In this document: piece after piece, positions 42,973 to 53,200 of the stretch
Layout of the letters: each line of letters begins with the position of its first letter
Numbering within the stretch: position 1 is the stretch's first letter
Notes under the pieces: generated by a model
What the model was told of the DNA's origin: nothing
The model's input: only the letters and a program-made list of their open reading frames with translations
Database searches by the model: none
Made by a program: the position numbers and the translations under genes
Assembly (NCBI GenBank): GCA_963823665.1
Contig: CAWGMQ010000004.1
Coordinates: 2,080,001 to 2,144,000, forward strand
Direction: 5' to 3'
From: an uncultured Planctomycetota bacterium
GTDB taxonomy: Bacteria > Planctomycetota > Planctomycetia > Isosphaerales > Isosphaeraceae
DNA: 64,000 nt

Positions 42973-45677
42973 TTACTCTTTCAACTGAGCCGGGCGGGCC
43001 TTGATTTGGTCGAGCCGCACCTTGTCTGCCGCGCGTGCCGAGTCAAGCCCGATCGCCCGGCTCAGTTTTTCAACCGCCTGGGCATGGGTGCTCCGCCCCT
43101 CCGGCGACTGTCCCCCGAGGAAATAAATCCGGCTCTGCTGATCCTGCACCTGACCGAGAAGGCTGAGATACTGGGGGTTTTCCGGTGCACCCTTGCGTGT
43201 TTGTTCCCCGACCAACCAGGCAAGATGGTCCAGGGCGTCCTTGCAATCGCGCTGGGCGTCCGGGATGCGGTTCATGGCGAGGCGCACCGCGGCCCGGCCG
43301 CACAGCGTCAATGCCATCTTCTCGCGGTAATGTGGAATGACTTTATGGTTGCTGATCAGCCTGGTGAGGATCTCAGCGGCTTGTGAGTAGTTCCTCTCTG
43401 ACTCCGCCAGTGTTGAACGGTCCGTGTTCAAGAGTTCCCCTCGTCCGTTCGCGATGCCGGCGAGCTGGAATTGAAAGTCTTCATACATTTCGTCGTCCTG
43501 GGCAACCGACCCCGCGACCCGCGCCGCCTCGTCGAAATCACGGGTGGCGCGATCACGATCACCGGCTTCCATGGATGCAACGCCCCGATCCGTGAGCGCC
43601 ATCGAGAAGAGCCATTGATCCCTAGTCTTGGAGTCGGGGCTGGCGACTGGGTCGGCAAGAGGCCGCAGGGTGTCGACGGCTTGATCAGCGGCCGTGTGAG
43701 CCTCGGCGTGCTGACGCTTGAGGACGAGGATTTCGGAAAGATCGATCAGGGCCGACCCAATCGCGCGTCGGTAATCCGGGGAGATCGGGCTGGACCGAAG
43801 CTTCTCGGCATGGGTGATCGCCGCGTGAAAATCATGCTCGGCGTCGATCGTCCGGCCGCTCATATGATTGAGCTCTCCGCGATCGGTGAAGGTCTCCACC
43901 AGCCACCGGCGGTATTTCGCCTGGCCGGGGTCAATCTCGCAGAGAGCCGTCAACTCCTGGATTGCCTTCTGATAAGACTCCTGTGATTTCGTGAATTGCC
44001 CGGTGAGGCGCCCGATCCCCCCGATCACGCGAAACACCTGCGCCGTTTCGAGCCGGATGGCCGGGTCTCCCGGGAATTTCTCGCCCAGTTGTTGATATCG
44101 AGCGAGAACCAGCCCGGCCAGGTGCTCACGCAGGTTCTCCGTATTGGGAATGTACGCCAGGTTTTGCCCCGAGACTGCGAGGAGCTCTCGCAGTGCCTCG
44201 CAGGTCATGGCAAGCTGATCTGTCGTTCTCGCTTGCTCCTTCGTAATTCGCCAATTGTATATCCCCAGTCCGAGCACGGTCAGGATAAGCAGGGCGGCCG
44301 CGGCCGCAACCCATTGCTTGTGCCTGCGAACCCACCGAACGGCCCTGGCCGGGAGAGGCTCGGGGTAGGCCAGAACAGGTTCATCGGCCAGCCAGCGCTC
44401 GATTTCGCCGCCAAGTGCCTGGGGACTGGAGTATCGACCTTCCTGAGAGACTGCCATGGCTTTCAAGCAGATCGCCTCGAGCGCGGCGGGCACGGTCGAC
44501 TTGACCTGGCGGGGCCGGGGAAAGTCGCCCGTGCAGACCTTGGCCAACATGATGGACTCGTCCGACTGGTCAAATGGGGGCCTCCCGGTCAGCAGGCAAT
44601 AGAGAGTGGCCCCAAGGCTATACACATCGCTTGCGGGGCTAAGCTTCGAGAGCTGGCCCTGTGCCTGTTCCGGGCTCATGAAGCCAGGCGTGCCCATCGC
44701 CGAACCTGCGCGGGTGTAAGGCGTGCTACTGGTCGAGACCGGCGGGAGTGTGACCCCATCGGATTGAGAATCAACATCGATGGGTCCCGTCTTCGCCAAG
44801 CCCCAGTCGACCACCAGCGTCTCGCCGTAGTCGTCGAGGATGATGTTGCCTGGTTTCAGATCGCGGTGCAGGACTCCGCGACTGTGCGCGTACGCCACCG
44901 TGTTACACACATCAACGAACCGACTCAGGAGACGGCGCAGCTCCAGCGACCGATCGCCGCCGGCGAGGTCTGAAGCCTTGACTCCGTGGAATCTGGCGAT
45001 CGCGTCCTTGAGGCTGGTCCCGCTCACGAAGCGCATGGCATAGAAGGGACGTCCGTTCTCAAACAGACCCAGGCTGTAGACGGGAACGATGCCACGATGC
45101 TCGAGGCACCCGGTCACCTCGGCTTCGTGGACGAAGCGGGTCCGGCTGTGGGGACTGTCGGCCCAACGCTGCTGGATTTGCTTCAACGCCACTTCCCGAT
45201 TGAGCCTCGAGGTCCTGGGCGACCCAGACCTCACCGAGGCCGCCTCGCGCGTGGAACCGGAGAAGTCGGAAACGGGAACCTCCGGAAGTTGCCGATTCGG
45301 CATCGTGAGGGATTGTGGTGTCCGAAGCCGGTTCCGTTTGTCCGGCGGAATTCGCCACGACGTCGGGAGTGGGACGCAGGTTGGGGTCGCCGATCTGTTC
45401 GAGGTCGTGCAAGGTCGCGCTTACCGTGGTCACGGCCGCCAGGCAACTCCGAGCATTGTGATCGTGCTTCTCCATGAGCCTGTGCACCAGAGAGTTCAAC
45501 AATCCATCATCGTGCTCGGCCAAAGCTCCTTGCGAGTGGAGGACCTGACCAACGGGTTTGTCTTTCTCGCAGGCGCAGGTGCGCATCGCGGTGACGAGCG
45601 CGTCGCGCGTGATGAAGTTCATCTGGAGCGCCAGGATTCCGAAGAGCAGGTTATCGTCCGTATGGGTCTCTCGCCAT
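42973..45677 (-). CDS. Ser/Thr protein kinase with TM segment and TPR-like C-terminus (frameshifts near 45670 and 45205)
   Basis: NLLFGILALQMNFI, HARGGLGEV, VALK, HRDLKPGN, DWG, GTPGFMSPEQA. Confidence 0.9.
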
Positions 45678-45718
45678 GGATGGGTTTCCCATTCGTCGCC
45701 CCGTCGTGCGTAACACAG

Positions 45719-47269
45719 TCACGACGCATGATCCAGCTCCAGTCCCACCGCGTGCCAATCCTCAGGCCGCAACTGCTGCACTGACTGCTGGACGCGTTTC
45801 ATGTCGCGGGTTGCGACATACGGCCGGGAGGCGGGAGATTCACCTTTGGTGGGTTCGACCAGATTGTGCAACTGATCGAGGTGCAGGGACAGCGGCTGGC
45901 GTGTCCAGACGGCGAACAGCCGCTCCTGCCCGGATGGCGGCGTCATCTCTACGTCCAAGATGTTCAGTGTGCGTTGCGCCTCGATCGGGGCCGAGGAATC
46001 GGCCGACTGCGGATCTGGATAGAGCAAGTTCAAATGTCCGGTCGGGCCGACGTTGAACACCGTCAGGTAGCCCGCCCGGTCGGCGATTGCCTCGATGCGC
46101 ACGTGGTCTCTGGTTCGCAGGCTAACCTGGTCGGGCGACTTTGGCACGCGTTTCATGTCGCGGGTTAGTCGATCGGGACGCGGGTGGGTGGCCGCCACGT
46201 GTTCATAACGGCCGCTGTTGACACGGCGGCTGACGTTGAGGCGAAGAGCCGCCGGTTTGTGCGGGCGAGCCTCGCCCTGCGGCGTGGATAGCGTGTCGGC
46301 CAGAAGCTGGTTGAGTGATCCTCGCAAGCTGTCGACGAACTCGCGCAGATTCGGTCGTTGATCCGGGCTCGACCTCAGGCCGGCGCGGATCACTCGCTCA
46401 AGCGGAGCGGGGAGCCCAAGGCACCTGGAATCCGGGTCGGGCAGGCCCATGGCGATCTGCGCTTTATAGTCAGAGATCTGCGTGCCGAGGAATGGCTGAA
46501 ACCCGGTCACGAGGTGAAACAGCGTCGCGGCCAAGCCGTAGACGTCAAGCGAAGGTGAAACCTTGCCGTCATATGCCTCGGGGGCCATGTAGGCGAGCGA
46601 TCCGGCGACGCTGGCGGGGTCGCCCAGCCACGAGCCCACTCCAAAGTCAGTCAGAAGCGCCTCGTCACGCTTCGGCTCCCAGAGAATGTTCGCCGGCTTC
46701 ACGTCGCGGTGGACAATTCCTTGCTTGTGGACCGCGAGCAACCCCTCGCCCACATCGGCGATATACCGGGCGGCTCGCTGCCAGAGGAGCGGCCCTTCTG
46801 CCTTCAACAGATCGGCAAGGGACCCGCCCGGCACGTATTGCATTACGAGGAAGTGCTGCTCGCCGACTGTCAGCCAGGTGTAAACCCGCACAACGTTGAG
46901 GTGAGCGACCTGAGTCAGCAGGTGTGCGTCCTTCCGGAGCACCTGCACGGCCCGCCGCCGCTCGTCGGGGGCGGTGCCAACCCTGAGTGTTTTCACTGCG
47001 ACCACTCGCGGCAGGTTCAAGTCCTGCGCCAGCCAGACCTCGCCGAACGCTCCGGAGCCGAGGAATTTGTACACGCGGTATCCGTGGATTCCCAGGTCGG
47101 GCATTGTCGTGCCGGTGGGCACGTCTTCAGGCGTCAGATCGTCGAGCATGCGCTGACAGTCAAAGCATTCCTCGACGTGCGCCTCGATCCAGGCATGCCA
47201 TGCCGGCCCGAGCGAGTCGTCTTGAGTCACGTATTGCTTCAGTTCCCCAGGCGCAGGACAAGCGGCCAT
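45719..47269 (-). CDS. ZAS (HxxxCxxC) + Ser/Thr kinase + DUF4384-like protein
   Basis: HVEECFDC; GSGAFG, VAVK, HRDVKPAN, DFG, APE; C-terminal RAGYLTVFNVGPTGHLNLLYP...GQERLFAVW resembles DUF4384. Confidence 0.85.
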   Translation of the reverse strand: MAACPAPGELKQYVTQDDSLGPAWHAWIEAHVEECFDCQRMLDDLTPEDVPTGTTMPDLGIHGYRVYKFLGSGAFGEVWLAQDLNLPRVVAVKTLRVGTAPDERRRAVQVLRKDAHLLTQVAHLNVVRVYTWLTVGEQHFLVMQYVPGGSLADLLKAEGPLLWQRAARYIADVGEGLLAVHKQGIVHRDVKPANILWEPKRDEALLTDFGVGSWLGDPASVAGSLAYMAPEAYDGKVSPSLDVYGLAATLFHLVTGFQPFLGTQISDYKAQIAMGLPDPDSRCLGLPAPLERVIRAGLRSSPDQRPNLREFVDSLRGSLNQLLADTLSTPQGEARPHKPAALRLNVSRRVNSGRYEHVAATHPRPDRLTRDMKRVPKSPDQVSLRTRDHVRIEAIADRAGYLTVFNVGPTGHLNLLYPDPQSADSSAPIEAQRTLNILDVEMTPPSGQERLFAVWTRQPLSLHLDQLHNLVEPTKGESPASRPYVATRDMKRVQQSVQQLRPEDWHAVGLELDHAS

Positions 47270-47283
47270 GACAACACCTCGCG

Positions 47284-47871
47284 TCAATTCGAATGTTCAA
47301 GGAGTTCGACTTCCTGCTGAAGCAGGGTCAGGACCTGATACTTTGCCTGGCTAACCGCGCCGACCTTCATGCCAAGCTCTCGGGCCACATCGGCACCTTT
47401 GCGGCATTGTTCCGCTATTTCCACATATGCGGACCAAGTGCGCGGCTCGACGCGGGCGCGTACGTTTTCTTTGGCTTTTTGCAGCAATTCCAGGTCGTAT
47501 TCCCGCGCGAGCCTTGCCAGCAGGTCCTCGCCTGCCTCTACCTCTTCCACAAGACCATCGCCGTCGACCACCCGCCGCCCTCGCTCTCTCTCCTTCAGGT
47601 CTGCCATCAAACGGTGCGTCACGGTTTTCAGGTATCCGCGGAAGGTTCTGGCGGGGTCGTAGACGAACTCCCTCAGTCGCCTGACCAGCAGGAGCATGAC
47701 TTCGTTAACCATGTCCTCGGTCTCACGCGGAAACCACCGGTGGCACCAACCGCTGATCATCGGGGCATAGCGCGCGTAAAACTCCTCCCATGCCTGTTGA
47801 TCTGCGGGGTCGTGGAGGCGGCCCAACAGGGTCCGGCTGGTCCGCGCTGGGTCGAAGCTGCCCGTAGTCAT
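47284..47871 (-). CDS. ECF RNA polymerase sigma factor
   Basis: TSRTLL...DQQAWEEFYARY, FRGYLKTV, VARELGMKVGAV; GAGG RBS before ATG 47871. Confidence 0.9.
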   Translation of the reverse strand: MTTGSFDPARTSRTLLGRLHDPADQQAWEEFYARYAPMISGWCHRWFPRETEDMVNEVMLLLVRRLREFVYDPARTFRGYLKTVTHRLMADLKERERGRRVVDGDGLVEEVEAGEDLLARLAREYDLELLQKAKENVRARVEPRTWSAYVEIAEQCRKGADVARELGMKVGAVSQAKYQVLTLLQQEVELLEHSN

Positions 47872-48055
47872 CGCTGGTACCTCGGTTCGACTTCGGAATC
47901 GCGACCATCCAACTCTCTGATAGGGGGATCGGAACGATTTCTCAGACGGGATTTCCATTGAAAGGTTTTCCGCCGAGTTCTGTACGAGATCACAGCGAGA
48001 GAAAGCGCAATGGGCGGAGTTCATGAGCTGTTCGGATTGTCTCTGAGATCCCGCC

Positions 48056-48198
48056 CCATCGACCCCTATCAGCCTACAGAGGGTCGGTGAGCCAAATCCA
48101 ATGATTTCAATACCATCCCTCCGAACACGGGAAGCCGATCGGCGTGCGCACCATCGCTGACCAGGTGTTCCGAACCTTGGTCTCGAATCCACAGGGAG
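48056..48198 (+). repeat. 143-bp direct repeat, copy 1
   Basis: Ungapped match to 54775-54917 (offset 6719), 24 mismatches by hand count, with an exact 25-mer GTGAGCCAAATCCAATGATTTCAAT. Confidence 0.9.
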
Positions 48199-48206
48199 AA
48201 ACAACA

Positions 48207-49985
48207 ATGAAACTTGCTCGCAGGAAAAACGATGGTGTCAACCGGTTTGGTTTGAACGGAATCCTCATCATCCTCGGCGTCGGGGCTTGTCTGTTAGTCG
48301 TGGCCTTACAAGTCGATCGCGGGCCCGAACGCTCGGGCGCGAGCGCGTCTGCCCTGCCGCCAGTCCCCGTAAGGATCACCTGGGCCATGGCCGAGCGATT
48401 CGGCCCCGGCTATGACCGCAACCACGACGGCCGGCCCGACCTTCCCAATTCGCACGAATACGTGAACCCTGGTCGATACGAGGTTCATCTCGCCGCGAGC
48501 GTCGGCGCCAGCGCCCAAGCGACCGCGGACATGTCGTGCGTCTGGACGATCGACGGTCCTAATCAAGCGACTGGTCTGTGTGCGGCCGGGCCGAAGCCGG
48601 TGGTCCAGCTCCCGATGGGCACCTACTCCGTGACGGTTACCGTCCACCTTGCCGACGGCCGGGCCGGATTGGCCCGCGAGACAGTCCGCGTGAAGGACAT
48701 CCTGATCGTCGTGCTCGGCGACTCGCTGGCCGCCGGCGAGGGTAACCCTGAGGTGCGCGCGTGCTGGAAGGGGGCGGGGACTTCGGCCCAGACCTGGAAG
48801 CTCCGAGGCCGCCTCGACCCGCCAACGCCCGCCGGATGGGCCTATGGCGGCCCCGGTGGCGATCAGCCCCGTGCGACCCCCGCGGGGATTTTGCCACCGG
48901 CAGACGTCTCGCACGCCACGGCTCATCGCTCGACTCTCTCGGGCCCGGCTCAGTTCGCGAAGCGCCTTGAGGCGGAAGACCCACACACGTCGGTCACGTT
49001 CGTCTGCCTGGCCGCCACCGGCGCGCGTATCGATGAGCTATTCAACAGCGAGCGGTCAGTGTGCAACAAGACCAGGGGGCCGGGGCCGGCACTCCGGGCC
49101 CAGATTGATGAGCTGCACGCGATTGCAGGCTGTCGGCCGGCAGACATTCTTGTCCTGTCCGTCGGCCTCAATGACGCCGGTGGCTTTGAATTGCTGGGCG
49201 AGCTACTTCGCCGGGAGATCCGGTGCGTTGATCCATGCCGTTTGCTCGCGGTCTACCCGACGCGCAAGGAGTGGACGGCGGCCGCGTCTCCGGACCTCGA
49301 GGCCTTGGTCGACCCGACGAAACGCTCGTGGCTAAACGGACTCGAGGCCGACGCCCGGCGCACCGCACTGGTCAAAGACGCCGCCCTGATCTTCGACCTG
49401 GCCGAGATGGCCGCAGCCGGGGTGGCAAGGGCCCGCGAGCAATTCGAACGCCTGACAACAGCGATCGCCAGCGATCAGCTCCTGGCCCAGGCGGAGATCT
49501 ACCTGCTCGAGTACCCCGACCCAACAGGTGACGCAAACGGCACCGCGGGCGCGGCCATGCTGGCGGACCTCGTCCCCGGCTTTCAGGTCAATCGTCGCGA
49601 GCTGGATCTGGCCCACGAGCGCTTGTTGCGTCCCCTGATGATGATGCTCCGTGAGGTGGCCAGCAGCCAGAACTGGACCTGCGTTGACGGGATCTTCACG
49701 ACGTTCCGGAGCCACGGCCCTGCGGCGACGGAAGCCTGGTTCGTGAAGGCGAAGGAGTCAGAGGAGCTTCAGGGCCCGCGCTTGACGCCCCTGGCGTACG
49801 TCCGCGGCGAGTTTTCTCCGGGAATGCTGCACCCGAATCGGCGTGGACATCAGGTCGTCGCCGATCAGTTGTACGAGCGCCATGCGGCGGTCAGGACGGG
49901 TCGGCTCCGGGCACCGCAGGTGGTTTCTCGTGGTCTCTCCAGCTCCGATCAGGTTCGCTTTGGAAGGGACCGGAGGCCTCGCTGA
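48207..49985 (+). CDS. Membrane-anchored/secreted SGNH/GDSL hydrolase with a PKD-like domain
   Basis: N-terminal hydrophobic segment; blocks LGDSLAAGEG, CLAATGA, VGLND and LHPN (the usual block V Asp is absent). Confidence 0.8.
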   Translation: MKLARRKNDGVNRFGLNGILIILGVGACLLVVALQVDRGPERSGASASALPPVPVRITWAMAERFGPGYDRNHDGRPDLPNSHEYVNPGRYEVHLAASVGASAQATADMSCVWTIDGPNQATGLCAAGPKPVVQLPMGTYSVTVTVHLADGRAGLARETVRVKDILIVVLGDSLAAGEGNPEVRACWKGAGTSAQTWKLRGRLDPPTPAGWAYGGPGGDQPRATPAGILPPADVSHATAHRSTLSGPAQFAKRLEAEDPHTSVTFVCLAATGARIDELFNSERSVCNKTRGPGPALRAQIDELHAIAGCRPADILVLSVGLNDAGGFELLGELLRREIRCVDPCRLLAVYPTRKEWTAAASPDLEALVDPTKRSWLNGLEADARRTALVKDAALIFDLAEMAAAGVARAREQFERLTTAIASDQLLAQAEIYLLEYPDPTGDANGTAGAAMLADLVPGFQVNRRELDLAHERLLRPLMMMLREVASSQNWTCVDGIFTTFRSHGPAATEAWFVKAKESEELQGPRLTPLAYVRGEFSPGMLHPNRRGHQVVADQLYERHAAVRTGRLRAPQVVSRGLSSSDQVRFGRDRRPR

Positions 49986-50261
49986 TCGCAAGTGAGGTCG
50001 AACTGGTTTCTGTCCTCGGTACACGATCGGTCGGCCGAGGAGGAGTCAGCCGGGAAGTCAACGTATAATGCCAGTTCTACGATCAATCGATCAGCAAGCG
50101 CTGGGAAGGTGACCCGCTACATGAATCGCGTCCGGTGATCGGTGCAGAAGTTGTGCTGCGGTGATCGGCAGGCGGTGGGCCTGGTGCTGGATGATGGCCA
50201 TTGAGGGAACCACGCTAGAGTGGCAATTTGCACTCAAACGGGGTTTGGGAGAAATGAACCC

Positions 50262-53200
50262 ATGGCCTTGAACCGCACTACTGGCGGTCTCATGCAGGAA
50301 CTCCACCGACTTTTTCGGCGAGCCATAAAGCTCCGCCAACAGGGTCGCTGTCAAGAGGCAATTGTCCGTCTGACTCACGCCCGAGACGCAGCTCGTCGCC
50401 ATCTGGGACTACACCATCCCGCCTATGCCACCAGCCTGAACAACCTAGCATTCCTGTATGCGGAGATGGGGGAATACGCGGTGGCCGAGCCTCTCTTCTA
50501 CGAGGCCCTCGGGATCTACCGCGCGACGCTGGGGGCGAACCACCCCGAGTATGCGGGTAGCCTCAACAACCTGGCGACGTTGTACCGGCATATGGGGGAC
50601 TACGACGCCGCCCAATCACTCTACTGCCACGCCCTGGAGATCCGCCGCGCGGTGCTGGGCGAGCATCACCCCGTCTACGCCAAGATTCTGAGCCACCTCG
50701 CGCTGTTGTACCAGGCGATGGGGGACTACGCGGCGGCCGAGCCCCTCTTCCGCGAGGCCCTCGGAATCTACCGCGCGACGCTGGGCGAGAGCCACCCCGA
50801 CTATACCGGCAGCCTAGACAACCTGGCGGGGCTGTACTGCGCGATCGGAGACCACGCGGCGGCCGCGCCCCTCATCCGGCTGGGGCTCGAAATCGTTCGC
50901 GCGGCGCGGGGTGATGACCACCCCGACTACGCCAGAAGCCTGGACCGCCTGGCGGGGCTGTATTGCGCGATCGGAGACCACGCGGCGGCCGAGCCCCTCT
51001 GTCGCCAGGCCCTGGAGATCCGCCGCGACGCGCTGGGCGAGAGTCACCCCGACTATGCCGCCAGCCTGAACAGCCTGGCGGCGCTATACTGCGCGATCGG
51101 GGACTACGTGGTCGCCGCGTCCCTCATCCGGCTGGGGCTCGAAATCATTCGCGCGGCGCGGGGTGACGACCACCCCGACTACGCCAGGAGCCTGGACAGC
51201 CTGGCGGGGCTATATTGCGCGATCGGGGACTACACCGCCGCCCTACCTCTCCACCGCCACGCCCTGGAGATCCGCCGCGCCGCGCTGGTCGAGAGTCACC
51301 CCGACTACGCCGCCAGCCTGGACAGCCTGGCGGGGCTGTATTGCGCGATCGGGGACCACGCAGCCGCCGCGCCCCTCTACCGCCAGGCCCTGGAGATCCG
51401 CCGCACGGCGTTGGGCGAGGACCACCCGGACTACGCCACCAGCCTGAGCAACCTCGAGGGGGTGTACCGAGCGATGGGGGACCACGACGCCGCTTTGCAT
51501 CTCTGCCGCCAGGCGCTGAAGATCCGCGGCACTGCGGTAGGCGAGGACCATCCCTCCTATGCCACCAGCCTGAACAGCCTGGCGGGGTTGTGCCGGGAGA
51601 TGGGGGACTACGACGACGACGCCACCAGCCTGAACAGCCTGGCGGGGCTGTATTGCGCGATCGGGGACTACGCGGCCGCCGCGCCCCTCTACCGCCAGGC
51701 CCTGGAGATCCGCCGCACGGCGCTGGGCGAGGACCACCCGGACTACGCCACCAGCCTAAGCAACCTGGCGGGGGCGTACCGAGCGATGGGGGACCACCCC
51801 GCCGCTGCCACCGGCCTGGACGGCCTGGCGGGGCTGTATTGCGCGATCGGGGACTACGACGCCGCCCTATCACTCTACGGCCGGGCCCTGGAGATTCGCC
51901 GCACGGCGCTGGGCGAGGACCACCCGGACTACGCCACCAGCTTAAGCAACCTGGTGGGGGTGTACCGAGCGATGGGGGACCACGCCGCCGCTTTGCACCT
52001 CTGCCACCAGGTGGTGCTGGAGATCCGCCGCACCCCGGCAGGCGAGGACCATCCCTCCGATGCCACCGGGCTGAGCAGCCTGGCGGGGTTGTGCCGGGAG
52101 ATGGGGGACTACGCCGCCGCCGTATCACTCTACGGCCGGGTCCTGGAGATCCGCCGCACGGCGCTGGGCGAGGACCACCCGGACTACGCCACCAGCCTGA
52201 GCAACCTGGCGACGTTGTACCAGGACACAGGTGACTACGCCGCCGCCCTAGCGCTCCACCGCCGCGCGCTGGAGATCCGCCGCGCCGCGCTGGTCGAGAG
52301 TCACCCCGACTATGCCGCCAGCCTGAACAGCCTGGCGGGGCTGTATTGCGCGATCGGGGACCGCGCGGCGGCCGCGCTCCTCTACCGCCAGGCCCTGGAG
52401 ATTCGCCGCACGGCGCTGGGCGAGGACCACCCGGACTACGCCACCAGCCTAAGCAACCTGGCGTGGGTGTACCGAGCGATGGGGGACCACGCCGCCGCTT
52501 TGCACCTCTGCCGCCAGGCCCTGGAGATCCGCCGCGCCGCGCTGGTCGAAAGTGACCCCGACTATGCCGCCAGCCTAGACAACTTGGCGGGGCTGTATTG
52601 CGCGATCGGGAACTACGCGGCCGCCGCGCCCCTCTACCGCCGGGCCCTGGAGATCCGCCGCACGGCGCTGGGCGAGGACCACCCGGACTACGCCACGAGC
52701 CTGAGCAACCTGGCGACGTTGTACCAGGACATAGGTTACTACGCCCCCGCCCTAGCCCACCACCGCCAGGCCCTGGAGATCCGCCGCACCGCCTTGGGCG
52801 AGTGCCACCCGCACTTTGCCATCAACCTGAGAAACCTGGCGGACTCGTGGGCCGCCTTGGGCCGAGCCTGGCTGGCTATGCCCCTCATGGAACAGCTCGC
52901 GTCCATCGAGGACCGGATGATCGGACAGGTCTTCGCGATCGGTTCCGACAGGCAGAGAATCGCATACCTCAGGACGGTCCTGGGCAATCTTCACACGTTC
53001 TTGTCTCTGGTACAGCAACACCTCGCCGACTCCCCCGCAGCCATCCGCGCCGCCCTAGACCTGGTATTGCGCCGTAAGGCGATCGCGGCCGAGGCGCTGG
53101 CCACCCAGCGCGATGCCGTGCTGGGAGGCAAGTATCCCGGATTGGAGCCCAAACTACGCGAGCTCGCCGCCCTGCGGCTGCAGATCGCCCGCAAGACACT

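Noticed and set aside
45599..45613. TRDAL in the TM kinase as another RDM-type site
   Set aside because: It is part of the usual N-terminal domain of these kinases and lacks the Met and basic residues.
51145..52234. Long alternate-frame and antisense ORFs over the TPR array, and similar ORFs at 13338, 41167, 43996 and 62575
   Set aside because: Shadow ORFs of GC-rich coding sequence with no recognisable motifs.
50410..52860. Periodic DNA repeats as a CRISPR array
   Set aside because: The period is 126 bp and in frame, the whole unit is conserved with no unique spacers, and it encodes TPRs; no cas genes are present.
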